Shown here: positions 30,540-41,629 of the stretch, piece by piece
Layout of the letters: each line of letters begins with the position of its first letter
Position numbering within the stretch: the stretch's first letter is position 1
Assembly (NCBI GenBank): GCA_002269645.1
Contig: NIVC01002787.1
Coordinates: 76,537 to 140,536 of the forward strand
Direction of reading: 5' to 3'
Length of the DNA: 64,000 nucleotides
Source: Macrostomum lignano
Taxonomy: Eukaryota
Position numbers and translations under genes: made by a program
The notes under the pieces: model-generated
Seen by the model: the letters and a program-made list of their open reading frames with translations, nothing else
Database searches by the model: none
What the model was told of the DNA's origin: nothing

Positions 30540-33500
30540 TCAGAAGTAGAAAAAGTCTTTTCTGGGGTTGAAGTGCACTCGTTGTCCACTCCTGGTTCGA
30601 GTTGGCGCCTCCTGGGTACTGTCCTCACTGGCTGTTGTCGACGGTGTCGTCTGTTGAGTCGCCTGGTCTTTTTTCTCCCTTTCGTTTGTCGTCGCCTTGT
30701 CCTGGGGTGCCTTCCGAGGGGTTCGGCTGCTAGGTGGCGTTTGGACTGACTTTGATTGCTGTAGGCTTGCAGAACGGCATGGCTTCAGACGGTCGATTGA
30801 GATTGCTTCCTCTTGTCCGGCTCGTTTCTCGACTATGAAGAACTTGGGTGTGCGCCGGACGACGGTGTAAGGTCCTGAGTATGGCGCTTCGAGTGGCTTT
30901 AGAACTCTGTCTACGCGGATCCAGACTTTCTCGGCCGTCCAAAGGTTTTTCGGGGTGTAGGTCTTGTTGACGATCGGTTGCCGTGGCTGGTGTTCAAGAA
31001 GTTGATCGAGGTTCAACTGGATCGTCGCGGGGTCTGAAGCGTTGACTAGGACTCGAGGAAGCATCGGATTTTCGCCTGTGAGCCTGGTGAATGGGCTGAC
31101 ACCTGAATCATCTGGTGCGATGTGCATCGCAAGCAATGCTAGAGGCAGGTTGTCAAGCCATGAAGCTCCTCGCGCTTTGAGCATGGTCTTGAGAGTGCGA
31201 TGTGCTCTCTCCACTTTTCCGTTGCACTGTGGATGGTACGCCGTGGTGCGTAGCCTATGGAAACCAACAGCTGACGAGAGGATGTGGAAGAGCTCCGCTT
31301 CGAATTGAGGTCCGCGATCCGTAATGACGTAGAGTGGGACTCCAAAGCGCGAAATCCACGTTGTGATGAAGGCTGTTCCAGTACTCTGGGCTGTGACTGT
31401 CTCGAGTGGTGCTGCTTCGAGCCAACCGGTGTTCCTTTCGATCATCGTGAGAAGGTACCGGGGCGCAAGGCCACACTGGACGTCGTGCTTCTTGTCCGGG
31501 AATGGAAGAGGTCCGACCACGTCTAGATGTATGGTTTCGAATCGATTTGATGGAGGGTTGAATGCAGAGCTGCCAGCCGTCGTGTGGCGGTCTACTTTGC
31601 AGCGTTGGCATTCCTCGCATGTCCGGCAGTATTCCTTGATCTCGTCGCGCATGTTATGCCAGAAGTAGCGACTGGAGATGAGATTGGCCGTCTTTCGGAA
31701 TCCATAGTGTCCGAGCTGGTGAAAATGTCGGATCAGTGCGTGACGCATTGAGACAGGGACGACTGGTCGTGGGTAGCCTGTGGAAGTCTCGCACAGGACA
31801 CGTTAGTCGTCTCCCAGTGTCTCCCTAGTATCGGCAGTTGTCTCCCTCTGTGAGCCCGTCGAGGGCCTGCTGTGCGGCGATCGCTGGCAGATCAGTTGGC
31901 GAGTCGTCTTGCGTGATGGCTGCGATGGGGTTGTGCTCAATTCTCGACAAGGCGTCGGCGACGATGTTGTCCGCTCCGCGGAGGTATTGAATGTCGGCGA
32001 CGTACTCGGAGATGACGCTCATATAGCGCTGGTTTCTGTCCGATTTGCCATAGGAGTTTTGCCGGAAGGCCTGCTCGAGTGGTTTGTGGTCCGTGAAGAC
32101 CGTTACATGTCGACCTTCGATCAGGTTCCGGAAGTGGAGTACGGCTAGGTAAACGGCAAGAAGCTCACGGTCGAATGCCGAGTATGTCTGCTGTGTCGAT
32201 GAGAGTTTCTTGCTGTACATTCCGAGCAGAGTAGTGCTGTCTCCGACGGTTTGATGTAAGGCGGCGCCGACACAAGTTGCCGACGCATCCGTGACTAGTT
32301 GATATGCCGAGCAATCTGGGTCTGGGTGGCTGAGTAGAATTCGCTCGGTCAGTTTCGACTTGAGTTCCTCGAATGCTGCCTGATGTGTGTCGCTCCATTT
32401 GAAGGATCTGGGAGACCGTAGTGATGCGGTGATGAGGTCCTGCAACGGAGCGGCGGTGTCAGCGAAGTTTGGAACGAAACGTCTGTAGAAGCCAATCACG
32501 CCTAAAAATCGTCGTAATGCTGCAGCATCGCGTGGTGCTGGCCACTTCTTGATGGTCTCGACCTTGGATTCCAACGGGCGGATTCCTGCTGCCGACACTT
32601 GATGCCCGAGGAAGTGAATCTCGCTTTGCAGGAAGACACATTTTGTGAGTTGAACTTTCAATCCATGGTGGGCCAGGCGTGACAGGACGGCTTCAAGATG
32701 TTGAAGGTGTTCCTCCTCGGTCTTGGAGTAAACCAAGAGGTCGTCGAGGTATGCGATCACACCTTGCAGACCGCGAAGTACCGAGTCGATGAAGCGTTGG
32801 AAGGTCTGCGCTGCATTTCGGAGACCGAACGGCATGCGGGTCCACTCAAACAAACCGAAAGGAGTGATGATAGCCGTTTTCGGGATGTCTTCTTCGGCAA
32901 TCGGAATTTGATGGTAGGCTCGGACGAGATCAAGTTTGCTAAATGTCGTTGCACCATGTATATATCGAGTGAAGCTCTGAATGTGTGGTACGGGATAGCT
33001 GTCGGCTTTGGTAGCCTTATTAAGAGCACGGTAATTGCCGCAAGGACGCCACTTACCGTTGGGTTTCCCATCCGACTTTTTCGGTACCATGTGAAGTGGT
33101 GACGCCCATGAGCTGTTGGATGGCCGGATGTAACCGGCGTCGATCAATTGCTGGAATTCCTCTTTGGCGACGGACAGCTTCTCTGGGTGAAACTGACGAG
33201 CTCGGGCATGTACCGGTAGCTGGTTGCCGGTGTCGATCCGATGGACGGTGTCGTGTTTTACCGCGTCTGCAGGCGGCAGTCGACCCCCTCCACGTAGGTA
33301 AAGGTGTCTTGATAGCGGTCGATCAGCTGCTTGATCCGCGGATCGCAGTTGGCTGGATATGCTGGCGTGACGGTAAACGATGAGATGCTGAGAGTGGAGA
33401 CTGGCAATTCTGGAGTGTGGAGTCGAGTTGTTGGGTCCACCAGTCGTCTTGCCTTGCAGTCTACTAGCAGTCCGAAGTGGGAAAGGAAGTCGTAACCGAG

Positions 33501-33815
33501 TATTGGACGAACGACGGAGGCGACGAGAAAAGTCCAACGGAAGGAACGGCGTAGTCCCCGAATTGCGACTTCGAGTGAAATCTCGCCGGCAACTGGGATT
33601 AAGTCGCCTGTGGCGGTTGTTAGCTGATATCCTGTTGCGCGGACGTTGTTGCTGAAGTACTGCGGAGGAATGATTGAAACTGCTGCGCCGGTGTCGACCA
33701 GGAAGGACAAACGACGCGCATCGAATAGGATTTCGACGACGAGGCAGGACTTGCGCGCCGCTGAGTCCGTGGCACTGCTCACTGCGGCGTCATGGGTAGT
33801 GCCCTGAAGTTTCCC
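30540..33815 (-). CDS. pol: Gypsy pol (protease, RT, RNase H, integrase), with frameshifts
   Basis: LVDTGA; YLDD; DAS...ELLA RNase H; HHCC zinc finger, DDE core (HLDVVGP, TDRGPQF, VERAH) and GPY motif. Confidence 0.95.
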
Positions 33816-34674
33816 GGAGATGGTCGCTCCGGGGAGCTCGAGCGCGACGGTACTGGGGTCCGCTCGTTGGGGCCCAGGATCGTTGGTTGTGGGCCGTTGC
33901 TCTTTCGTGGAAATTGGCACCAGCGGCGACAGGTGCGCGACCGGGGTCCGTAATAGAGATGTCCACGACAGATGACCGGGCGCTGGCCTGGACGGTAGGG
34001 TGCTAATGATGACAGCTGCGGGAGATGCCTCCTGTTGTGAACTCGCTACGGTGTGTCGAGTTGTGTCGCGTGGTTGGACGGCGTTGATCTTGGAATTCTG
34101 GATTTCAAGCAGCGAATCGGCGATGGAAGCCAGTTGCTCCGGTGTCTGCTGCTCTTGGAAGCAGGCCAGATGGCGTTGCAGTTCAGGTGGTAGACAACGA
34201 ATCAGCGTGGTCTTTACCATATCCGGATTATCTTGTAGGCCACACTGAGCCATCTTAGATGTCAGACGCTTGACGAAAACAGATGGTTTGTCGCCACCCA
34301 GGTCCGAGGTGTTCATGACCTCGTTGATTTTGTCCTGCTTGCTTTTCTGGAGCATGGCGAGCACGGCTTTCTTCAAGTCGCTGTAGTTTGCCGGCGTGGT
34401 CGTAGAGATGAGAACGGACGCGATGTCTTCCGGGAGCTGGCAGATGAGATGACTGAAGCGAGTCTTCTCCGACGTGATGTTCGAACTGGGCGTCCAGCAT
34501 CCGAAACCAGGCTTCGGGGTTGTTCCTGTAAAAAGAAGGTATTTTGAGACTTACCGTGGCTAGTGATGACTCCTCAATCGGATTCGGATGTTCCGCTGAT
34601 GTTGAGTTTGAAGCCGTTGGAGCGCTCCCCGCATTGGCGGTCGTTGCAGTACCAGAGGTTGCTTCTGTTGACAT
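33779..34674 (-). CDS. gag: Gypsy gag, with frameshifts
   Basis: [18 protein letters not shown]-terminus; [18 protein letters not shown] (Cx2Hx9Cx3C) read by hand in the gag frame; TGA at 33779-33781. Confidence 0.85.
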
Positions 34675-34694
34675 TGTTGCTGTTTGACAGTGAA

Positions 34695-34709
34695 CGCCTC
34701 ACTGGACCA
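34695..34709 (-). promoter_or_regulatory. Primer-binding site
   Basis: TGGTCCAGTGAGGCG begins 2 nt after the LTR-terminal CA; cognate tRNA not determined. Confidence 0.75.
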
Positions 34710-34711
34710 GT

Positions 34712-35117
34712 TGTAGGATTGCGAAAATAATTGAGGCGTGAAACGCGGTGGTTCGTTTGCTTTAATTTTTCTTTGATTGTTTTCCGTGTGGAAAAGAATA
34801 GAGAGACTTGAGTATTTGCGTGTTAGGGTGCTGTATATTTATATACGTGTTGATAGAACATTCCGGAATCCGGAAAGTTCGAGAAGCGGTTTTTAGAAAG
34901 GGGTGCGCGGGATTTCAAAATACCAAATATAGAAAGTGCGTGTTTACGCTGAAGTTTCTAGAATATAAGTATTGTACTTACAGTACGCTATCTTATACCG
35001 TATACGCGCGTTGTTTAGTTGGAGAACTTTCTAGAATATGAAGATTTAAACATGTTATAGAATATTATAGAAAATAGAAATACGCTATAATACTTATAAT
35101 ATAGTGAATGCGCTACA
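34712..35117 (-). repeat. Gypsy 5' LTR, 406 bp, with four heat-shock elements and a TATA box
   Basis: TGTAG...CTACA termini; HSEs at 34855-34869, 34872-34886, 34950-34964, 35023-35037; TATATAAA on the minus strand at 34838-34845. Confidence 0.88.
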
Positions 35118-35748
35118 GCAACTCCCCAGCAGCTACAAGCCCAACCAACTCCACAACCTCAAAACCAACCACCCAAATCTGGAAAAGGAATAGCTGAAAT
35201 CTACAAGCGAGTAGCGGTTCTTCTAGGAGCGGCAAAGACCGGAATGAAAGATGAAAATAGAAAAGAATTTGTCAACATCCTGGACAAAATGCTTGAGAGA
35301 AAATACATCAAAAAGAGGGCGAGAGAGCTTCTGCTTTCGCGGTTTAACAAAAAATAATTTATTTCAAGTAAAAATGCCGATAATTTTCGAAAAAGACATT
35401 GACAAATACTATGACAAAGAGGAACTTAATCTTATTAAACGTGGATCTGGACTTTTCCCTGCAGGCCACTATCCAAGAAAAGAACGCTGTGGGAATGGCC
35501 TTGCCGATTTGATCGCTCAGGAGGCCAAGATTTTTAAGGTCATTGGAGAGAACAAAGAGAACATCAAGAAAGTTGCCGAAGCGGCTGGCAGTGTAGCCAC
35601 AGCAGCCAAAAAGATAAAGGATACTGTAACACCTAAACAAGAGATTCAGCCGCTGGCCCCGCCGGACCCGTTGGCTCCACTGGCCCCAAATCCAGACAGT
35701 GTGGACCCTGTAGTCTATGAAAATATGAGAGCAAGCATTAAAAAATGA
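35118..35748 (+). pseudogene. P2 poly-Q gene 3' fragment (to 35357) and GxG protein (35374-35748; GGA>TGA removes the last motif)
   Basis: Matches P1 17005-17647. Confidence 0.85.
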
Positions 35749-35980
35749 AGTGGTTTCAAATTTGACTAAAGGGTACTTTCCGAGGGTACAAGACATGTAA
35801 GAGTATAAGACTAGTCCCAAAATGACACATCCAAGTCCCAAAATGACACATCTAAGTCCCAAAATGACACATCTAAGTCCCAAAATGACACATCTAAGTC
35901 CCAAAATCACTCATCTAAGTCCCAAAAGGACACATCTTCTAAATAATTTATTATTAAAAAAATTTTATCATAGAAAAAAA

Positions 35981-36069
35981 ATGGACTTTTCAAACGACTC
36001 CAATCCTCACTAGAAGCGTAATCAGATTAAGTTTTCTCATCACGAGTCAATTCCGAGTCATTTCAGATG
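35981..36069 (+). pseudogene. P2 ATPase 5' fragment cut by P3
   Basis: MDFSNDSNPH* ...; ends at cagatg immediately before the P3 terminus. Confidence 0.9.
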
Positions 36070-36518
36070 AGTAGAAGGCATGAGGGGGCTTTTGGGACAA
36101 AATTTTTCACGTCCTCCATAATCCCATTAAATCTATCCATATTATCCCTGACAGAATCAGAAAAAAAGGGGGGTCGCACTCGCTCACAAAACATCGTCCA
36201 TAATCCACCTAAATCCATCCATATTATCCCTGACAGAATCATGAAAAAGTGGAGGGGCCGCACTTGCTCCGAAAACTTCGAACATAATCCCATTAAATCC
36301 ATCCATATTATCCCTGACAGAATCAGAGCATTATCCCTGACAGAATCAGAGCATAACAGGTGTCATATAATCCACTGACATCCACCCATAGCATCTTCGA
36401 AACAATAAGAAGATAATCTGCATTCTTTTCCCCACATTCAATCCGAAGCGGCGAAACCAGATCCCAAAGACTTTAAATCATCAGCGCAGGGTCCTTACCC
36501 ATTGAAAATTCTCTAAAA

Positions 36519-36758
36519 ATGTTTTCAGTTGTCTCTCCAGGTTCTTATTATACTCAGCCTAATCCATTGTACAAATCCAAGTACCAATGCAAACTAGAAT
36601 GCAGCGAGTACATGAGAAAATATTGGCCCGATGTTGATATCAATGTCCCTAATATTAATCTAGCTCTCCAAAGACACTGGTTTTATAAGTATGGAGTAAC
36701 CTATGTAAAAGATTACGACAGCTACTATAACTTTGCAGAAATCATTAGACAATTGTAG
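36519..36758 (+). CDS. Terminal microprotein, 79 aa (P3 left)
   Basis: Intact homologue of 12522-12758. Confidence 0.75.
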   Translation: MFSVVSPGSYYTQPNPLYKSKYQCKLECSEYMRKYWPDVDINVPNINLALQRHWFYKYGVTYVKDYDSYYNFAEIIRQL

Positions 36759-37031
36759 AATGTCGTTACAATACGCTTTAAGACTGTAAGACTGCAAGCG
36801 GAATGGGTATGGCAGCTGTTTCTTGTCATAGCGCGAGTGGCGTGTGCAGCATAGAGAAAAAAGCTTTTGCCCAGCTCAAGCCTTAAACGCCCATTTAGTT
36901 CCTTGTTTAAACCCCCAACCTTCTCAACCGCCCCCCCCCCAACTCTTTGAGTAGTCCGTTTTCCCAGGCAACTCCAATCAACCATTAATAGAAAATACTG
37001 CCTATAATTAGAAAATCTGCGGGTTTCGCTT

Positions 37032-37098
37032 ATTCTAGAAAATTCTAGAATAAAAAGAAAATCCATGGATTCCCGCGCCCACACCAATGGTATATAAA
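37032..37098 (+). promoter_or_regulatory. Heat-shock-type promoter: 4-unit HSE, CCAAT, TATA
   Basis: aTTCt aGAAa aTTCt aGAAt (37032-37051), CCAAT (37084-37088), TATATAAA (37091-37098), ATG at 37216. Confidence 0.8.
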
Positions 37099-37215
37099 CA
37101 GCCGATTCACACCGCCCCTCGCCTCACCCTGCCTGCTCCGCCTCGCCTCGCCCCGCCTCAACTCGCTGAGCCAGCAACTTCTTATTTTTGACTAGCTTAA
37201 TCTCTGGATCTTGCC

Positions 37216-37839
37216 ATGGATGAAGAAATGCAAGCAGGCGACAACATTTACATTGAAAACCTGGAGAACTTCATCAAGGCGGTTTTTTCTAGTAAAGATC
37301 TTGACAACTGAAATGTTTGGGCCGATAAATACAATGTAATTGCTCGGTCACCAATCTTGAAGCTAACTATCAATGGACGGCTAGCGAAAACTACCGACAA
37401 GCAATCACAAATCAGCAAGGCTCTGGACGAGTTGTGCACGGCCTACAAGACCAACAGTGAGCCTGTGCCAGTGCATTCTCTAGAAGAATTTATGCAGGGA
37501 ACATTTACGATCGACGCAGTGCTTGTACAGATTGCCAACCTTCATAAGCTAGTTGAACGGCATGGTAAGCATGGATTTGCAAACGGTCTACAGCTCGGCA
37601 GGATCTTTCTGAGAATGGAGCGGGTTCTCAGTAAGGAACAGTTCAACGAGCTGAAAAGACGTGCACCGTTCACCAGCCAGTGGACCAACTTTCTGATGAA
37701 ATTGGCTGACCAAGCTGAGAAATATCCGGTGCTACAAAGATCTGCAATGTCCCTGCACAAGCTGAAGTCGATGATTGCATACTTGCCAGAGGCCCTTGCG
37801 ATGCTGCAACAGGAAGTGGACGAAGGCTTGTTGTTTTGA
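37216..37839 (+). CDS. P3 cargo protein, 207 codons with one in-frame TGA (37309-37311); DUF3102-like helical domain
   Basis: ATG 37216 is in frame with ORF 37357-37839; LQLGRIFLRMERVL...F...S..TNFLMKLA...YP pattern. Confidence 0.65.
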
Positions 37840-37932
37840 CTTTTAAATTAGCAATGTATTGTTTATTTAGCAATTCATGAAGCTATAATAATAGCAAGTT
37901 ATTCTTGGATAGTTTTTTATTACTAATATTGA

Positions 37933-38972
37933 CACCAACCTCAAATTTTGAAACCACTGGTTTCATTTTCTGAGGTGGGTGTTTGATTAAAAGAGCAAAT
38001 TTGCTTGAGACAGTGTAGACAAATGTTTCTGCTGGAAGCAGTGCAGAACTCAGATCACCCACCTCAAAATTTGAAACCAACGGTTTCATTTTCTGAGGTG
38101 GGTGTTTGACTAGGAGAGCGTAGAAGAAAACGGAGGGATCAACCAGAAGGTTGTACCTTGTAGAGGGTAGACGTGAGTTCTAAAAATAAAACCCATACAA
38201 TGCGTTGGGAGAGCGTAGAAGAGATCACCCACCTCAAAATTTGAAACCAGTGGTTTCATTTTCTGAGGTGGCTGTTTGACTAAGCTCGGGAGAGCGTAGA
38301 AGAAAACGGAGCGGCTAGTTGTGGAGGCTAGAAAAAGAAAGACCCCTCCCGCCCGGCTCAACCCTCAACCCTCTGCAATTCTCTTTTTTGGCTTTGGCGC
38401 TGCACTGCACAGAAGTGAATTGCAGAGGGAGGGTGGGTGGAGAGAGAAGGGGGGACTTGTGGCGGAATGCGCGGACTGCATGCAGTGAGTGGCAGGGCGG
38501 GTGAGAACTGGATAGCGCAGCAGTGTAGACCCACCTCAAAATTTGAAACCAGCGGTTTCATTTTCTGAGGTGGCTGTTTGACTAAGCTCGGGAGAGCGTA
38601 GAGTTAGTTGCGGAGGCTAGAGAAGCAGTGCAGAACTCAGATCACCCACCTCAAAATTTGAAACCAGTGGTTTCATTTTCTGAGGTGGCGCGGCGCCCCT
38701 GTGCAAAGAGAGTTCAGTGCTCTGGCCCGGACTGTTGGGGAAGGGAAAGGGAGAGGAGCTCAAGGGGAAGGAGATTTCAATACAACGGAAGACTAAAAAT
38801 TCCCAGGCGCCCCTCTACCCCCCAGCGCGAGATCGCTAGTGTTATGTTTGACTAAAAATAGAATGAGCTCGGGAGAGCGTAGAGCTAGTTGCGGAGGCTA
38901 GAGAAGCAGTGCAGAACTCAGATCACCCACCTCAAAATTTGAAACCAGCGGTTTCATTTTCTGAGGTGGCTG
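37933..38972. repeat. Six dispersed ~49-bp imperfect palindromes
   Basis: CACCCACCTCAaaattTGAAACC-nnn-GGTTTCAttttcTGAGGTGG(G/C)TG at 37933, 38056, 38226, 38530, 38643 and 38924. Confidence 0.95.
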
Positions 38973-39253
38973 TTTGACTAGGAGAGCGTAGAGAGAGCTA
39001 GTTGCGAAGAGAGAGGCGCCCAGAGGACAGGTTTGGAATGAGAGGCGGTGGAGCAAGACGGGTGAGAGAAGGGCTGGCCTGAGAGTTGGTCCACCCAGAC
39101 CCCCGGCCCTCTCTGGGGGCTAGTTGCGGAGGCTAGAAAAAAACACACAGGCAGAACTGGGCGGGGTGTTCAGTGTGGTGGGACTGCGGAGAAAAAGCAG
39201 GCGCTCACCCTGAAACCTTTTATATTGTTGCATAGTTAAGACCCTGCACCTAC

Positions 39254-39534
39254 GGGGTTGTAGCCTAGTGGTTAGGGCCTTGGACTCACGACTTGAAGGT
39301 TGGGGGGTTCGATTCTCTATACCACTGCAACAATCTGTGTCCTTGAGCAAGGCACTTTACTCCGCATTGCTTCAGTTCACCCAGCTGTAAAATAGGTGCC
39401 AGCATTAGCTGGGGTAATTGAGGGTGTGTGTGGCGACCCCCAGTCCTTGGACTGAACAGCCGCACGCAGCCTTAAGATGCGCCGCGCAATAGCTGCGGCT
39501 GAGCTGTCGATTGCACATCTGCCCATTGGGCAGG
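39254..39534 (+). mobile_element. tRNA-derived SINE split by P4 (3' end and ATT-type tail at 57830-57866)
   Basis: A-box tagcctagtggt, B-box ggttcgattct (39306-39316), central gtgtccttgagcaaggcactt...cccagctgtaaaat box typical of CORE/Meta-like SINEs. Confidence 0.85.
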
Positions 39535-40250
39535 AGTAGAAGGCATGAGGGGGCTTCTGGGACAAAATTTTTCACGTCCTCCATAATCCACCTAAATCCA
39601 TCCATATTATCCCTGACAGAATCAGAAAAAAAGGGGGGTCGCACTTACTCCAAAAACTTCGAACATAATCCCATTAAATCCATCCATATTATCCCTGACA
39701 GAATCAGAAAAAAAGGGGGGTCGCACTCGCTCACAAAACATCCTCCATAATCCACCTAAATCCATCCATATTATCCCTGACAGAATCATGAAAAAGGGGA
39801 GGGGCCGCACTTGCTCACAAAACATCCTCCATAATCCTATTAAATCCATCCATATTATCCCTGACAGAATCAGAGCAGGTGTCAACTGATACCTGTTATG
39901 CTCACTGACACCGACATCCACCCATAGCATCTTCGAAACAATCAGAAAATAATCTGCATTCTTCTCCCCACATTCAATCCGCAACGTGCTACCACATCCC
40001 TAAGACTTTAAATCATCAGCGCAGGGTCTTTACCCTTTGAAAAAAAAATAAATTCTCAATAAAAATGTTTTCAGTTGTCTCTCCAGGTTCTTATTATAGT
40101 AACTCACGCTGAACAGTTCTGCCAAGCTTGTTAATGTCTACTAAGATCTATTCATACACAATGCTCTTACATCTAAAATCAACGCTTGCAACTATTTATC
40201 TAAGGGAAAATGTAAAACTACCCTCTAGGGCACCAGCTACAGAGCCAGCT

Positions 40251-40370
40251 ACAAATGTTCCTCAGCCGAACAAATGTTCTGTCGCCGAACAAATGTTCCT
40301 CAGCCGAACAAATGTTCCTCAGCCGAACATTTGTTCCTCAGCCCAACAAATGTTCCGCCGCCGAACATGT
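40251..40370. repeat. 19-bp tandem repeat x6 with GAACA-nn-TGTTC dyad
   Basis: Unit aaatgttcctcagccgaac. Confidence 0.9.
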
Positions 40371-40785
40371 ACAGAGCAAATATCTCTTCCCCCATGCAAA
40401 AGCTTTATGCCCTTACTAACTCAGAGTACGCAGGCCCCGTATACAGAGAGAACCTCTCTTCCTATACACAAGCTTCTCCTCACCGTGAGCATTTATTTCT
40501 ACATAGCAAGTTCTCTCTCTTTCCACTTCTCTACCTACAGTCAATCCCGCAGCACGTATGGGTATGCTACGTATGGCATACGTATGGCCAACCAAAACCA
40601 TACCCCCGATCCTCCATTGTCCTTCGTCCCACAGCTCTTCTCAGTCTACTCAATTCTCTCCCCTTATCCCCAAAGCCAAGTCGTCTCGCCGCTATCAGGC
40701 GGACACCCTCCCCCCCCCCAAAGTCTGTCGGGTAAGGAAGAAAGCTTATTTATACAACTACTTTTGAAGAGTTACTCGGTTAAAA

Positions 40786-41553
40786 ATGTCTGACTTGTCT
40801 GTCACACCAGATCTATCTCTATTCTCTAAAATTTTACAGCTAAATCAGTTAGCAAAAGATAACAATAAACACGAACTACTCTTATCTGAAGATGATTTAA
40901 TTCATTTAAAAGTTACATTAGATTGCCCCTTAGTACCTAGTTGTGGCAATTTAGAAGATCGATCAAAAAAATTAAATGAAGAGCGCATGGATGTAGATGA
41001 GGATCAAGATCAACCAGCAAGAAAGAAAGTAAAAGTAAAGAAGCAAAAACTACGGCCAACTGGTGAGACGCTTCATCAATATCTTTGCGCAAAAGTATTT
41101 GAATTTGAAGGGGTCGATGAATTTATTCACCCCTATTCTATTGTTGATACAAATATGCCGTTATCTGTAGAAGAACAACTACAGACGGCAGTCACAAGTT
41201 TAAAAAGATGTAATAATCGTATGCTCATTGCCACATACATCTGTGGTGTATGGTTTAACCACAACGCAGCGAAATATAGAATAGAACATCCTGAAGAAAC
41301 TGTTAAATGTAAAAGTTGTGATGATCAGGTTTTGGAGTTTTTGCAACGACATGGGATAACATATGCTAAAAGCACTATTAGAAAAATGTTGTCTCTTAGT
41401 AAAACATTACATGATTATCCTCGTTTTTTTAAGCTAAATATAACATTTGAGGAACTTTACACCTTAAAAAATGATATTGAAGACATGTTAATGTGTTCAA
41501 ATAAATATAAAACCTATTGGAGCATGGGTGTTATTCAAATAAAAAAAGAATAG
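40786..41553 (+). CDS. P4 cargo protein, 255 aa, NLS-like PARKKVKVKK; distant homologue of the P3 cargo protein
   Basis: Clean AT-rich ORF; G..F...(S/A)..T..(K/F).(L/M).L......YP motif shared with 37216-37839. Confidence 0.8.
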   Translation: MSDLSVTPDLSLFSKILQLNQLAKDNNKHELLLSEDDLIHLKVTLDCPLVPSCGNLEDRSKKLNEERMDVDEDQDQPARKKVKVKKQKLRPTGETLHQYLCAKVFEFEGVDEFIHPYSIVDTNMPLSVEEQLQTAVTSLKRCNNRMLIATYICGVWFNHNAAKYRIEHPEETVKCKSCDDQVLEFLQRHGITYAKSTIRKMLSLSKTLHDYPRFFKLNITFEELYTLKNDIEDMLMCSNKYKTYWSMGVIQIKKE

Positions 41554-41629
41554 TAAATAAAAATATTAAAAATAGAAAATAAATATAACTTTTCTTTTCT
41601 TTATCTTCTTAATAATAAGAAGATAATTC

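Larger units (their letters stand above)
30437..35117 (-). mobile_element. Ty3/Gypsy LTR retrotransposon (CsRn1-type), 3' LTR missing
   Basis: 5' LTR, PBS, gag with CHCC motif, PR-RT-RH-INT order; no 3' LTR or TSD; about 1.7 kb of P2 is also missing at this junction. Confidence 0.95.
27428..36069 (-). mobile_element. P2: family A Polinton, penton-side end, heavily interrupted; remainder predicted beyond P3
   Basis: AGTAGAAGGCATC terminus at 27428, TIR, degenerate microprotein (27895-28127), then penton, MCP fragment, poly-Q fragment, GxG gene and ATPase start in P1 order. Confidence 0.92.

Noticed and set aside
37309-37311. Selenocysteine or programmed read-through at the in-frame TGA
   Set aside because: No SECIS-like or read-through context was recognised and there is only one copy; a nonsense mutation or base error is simpler.
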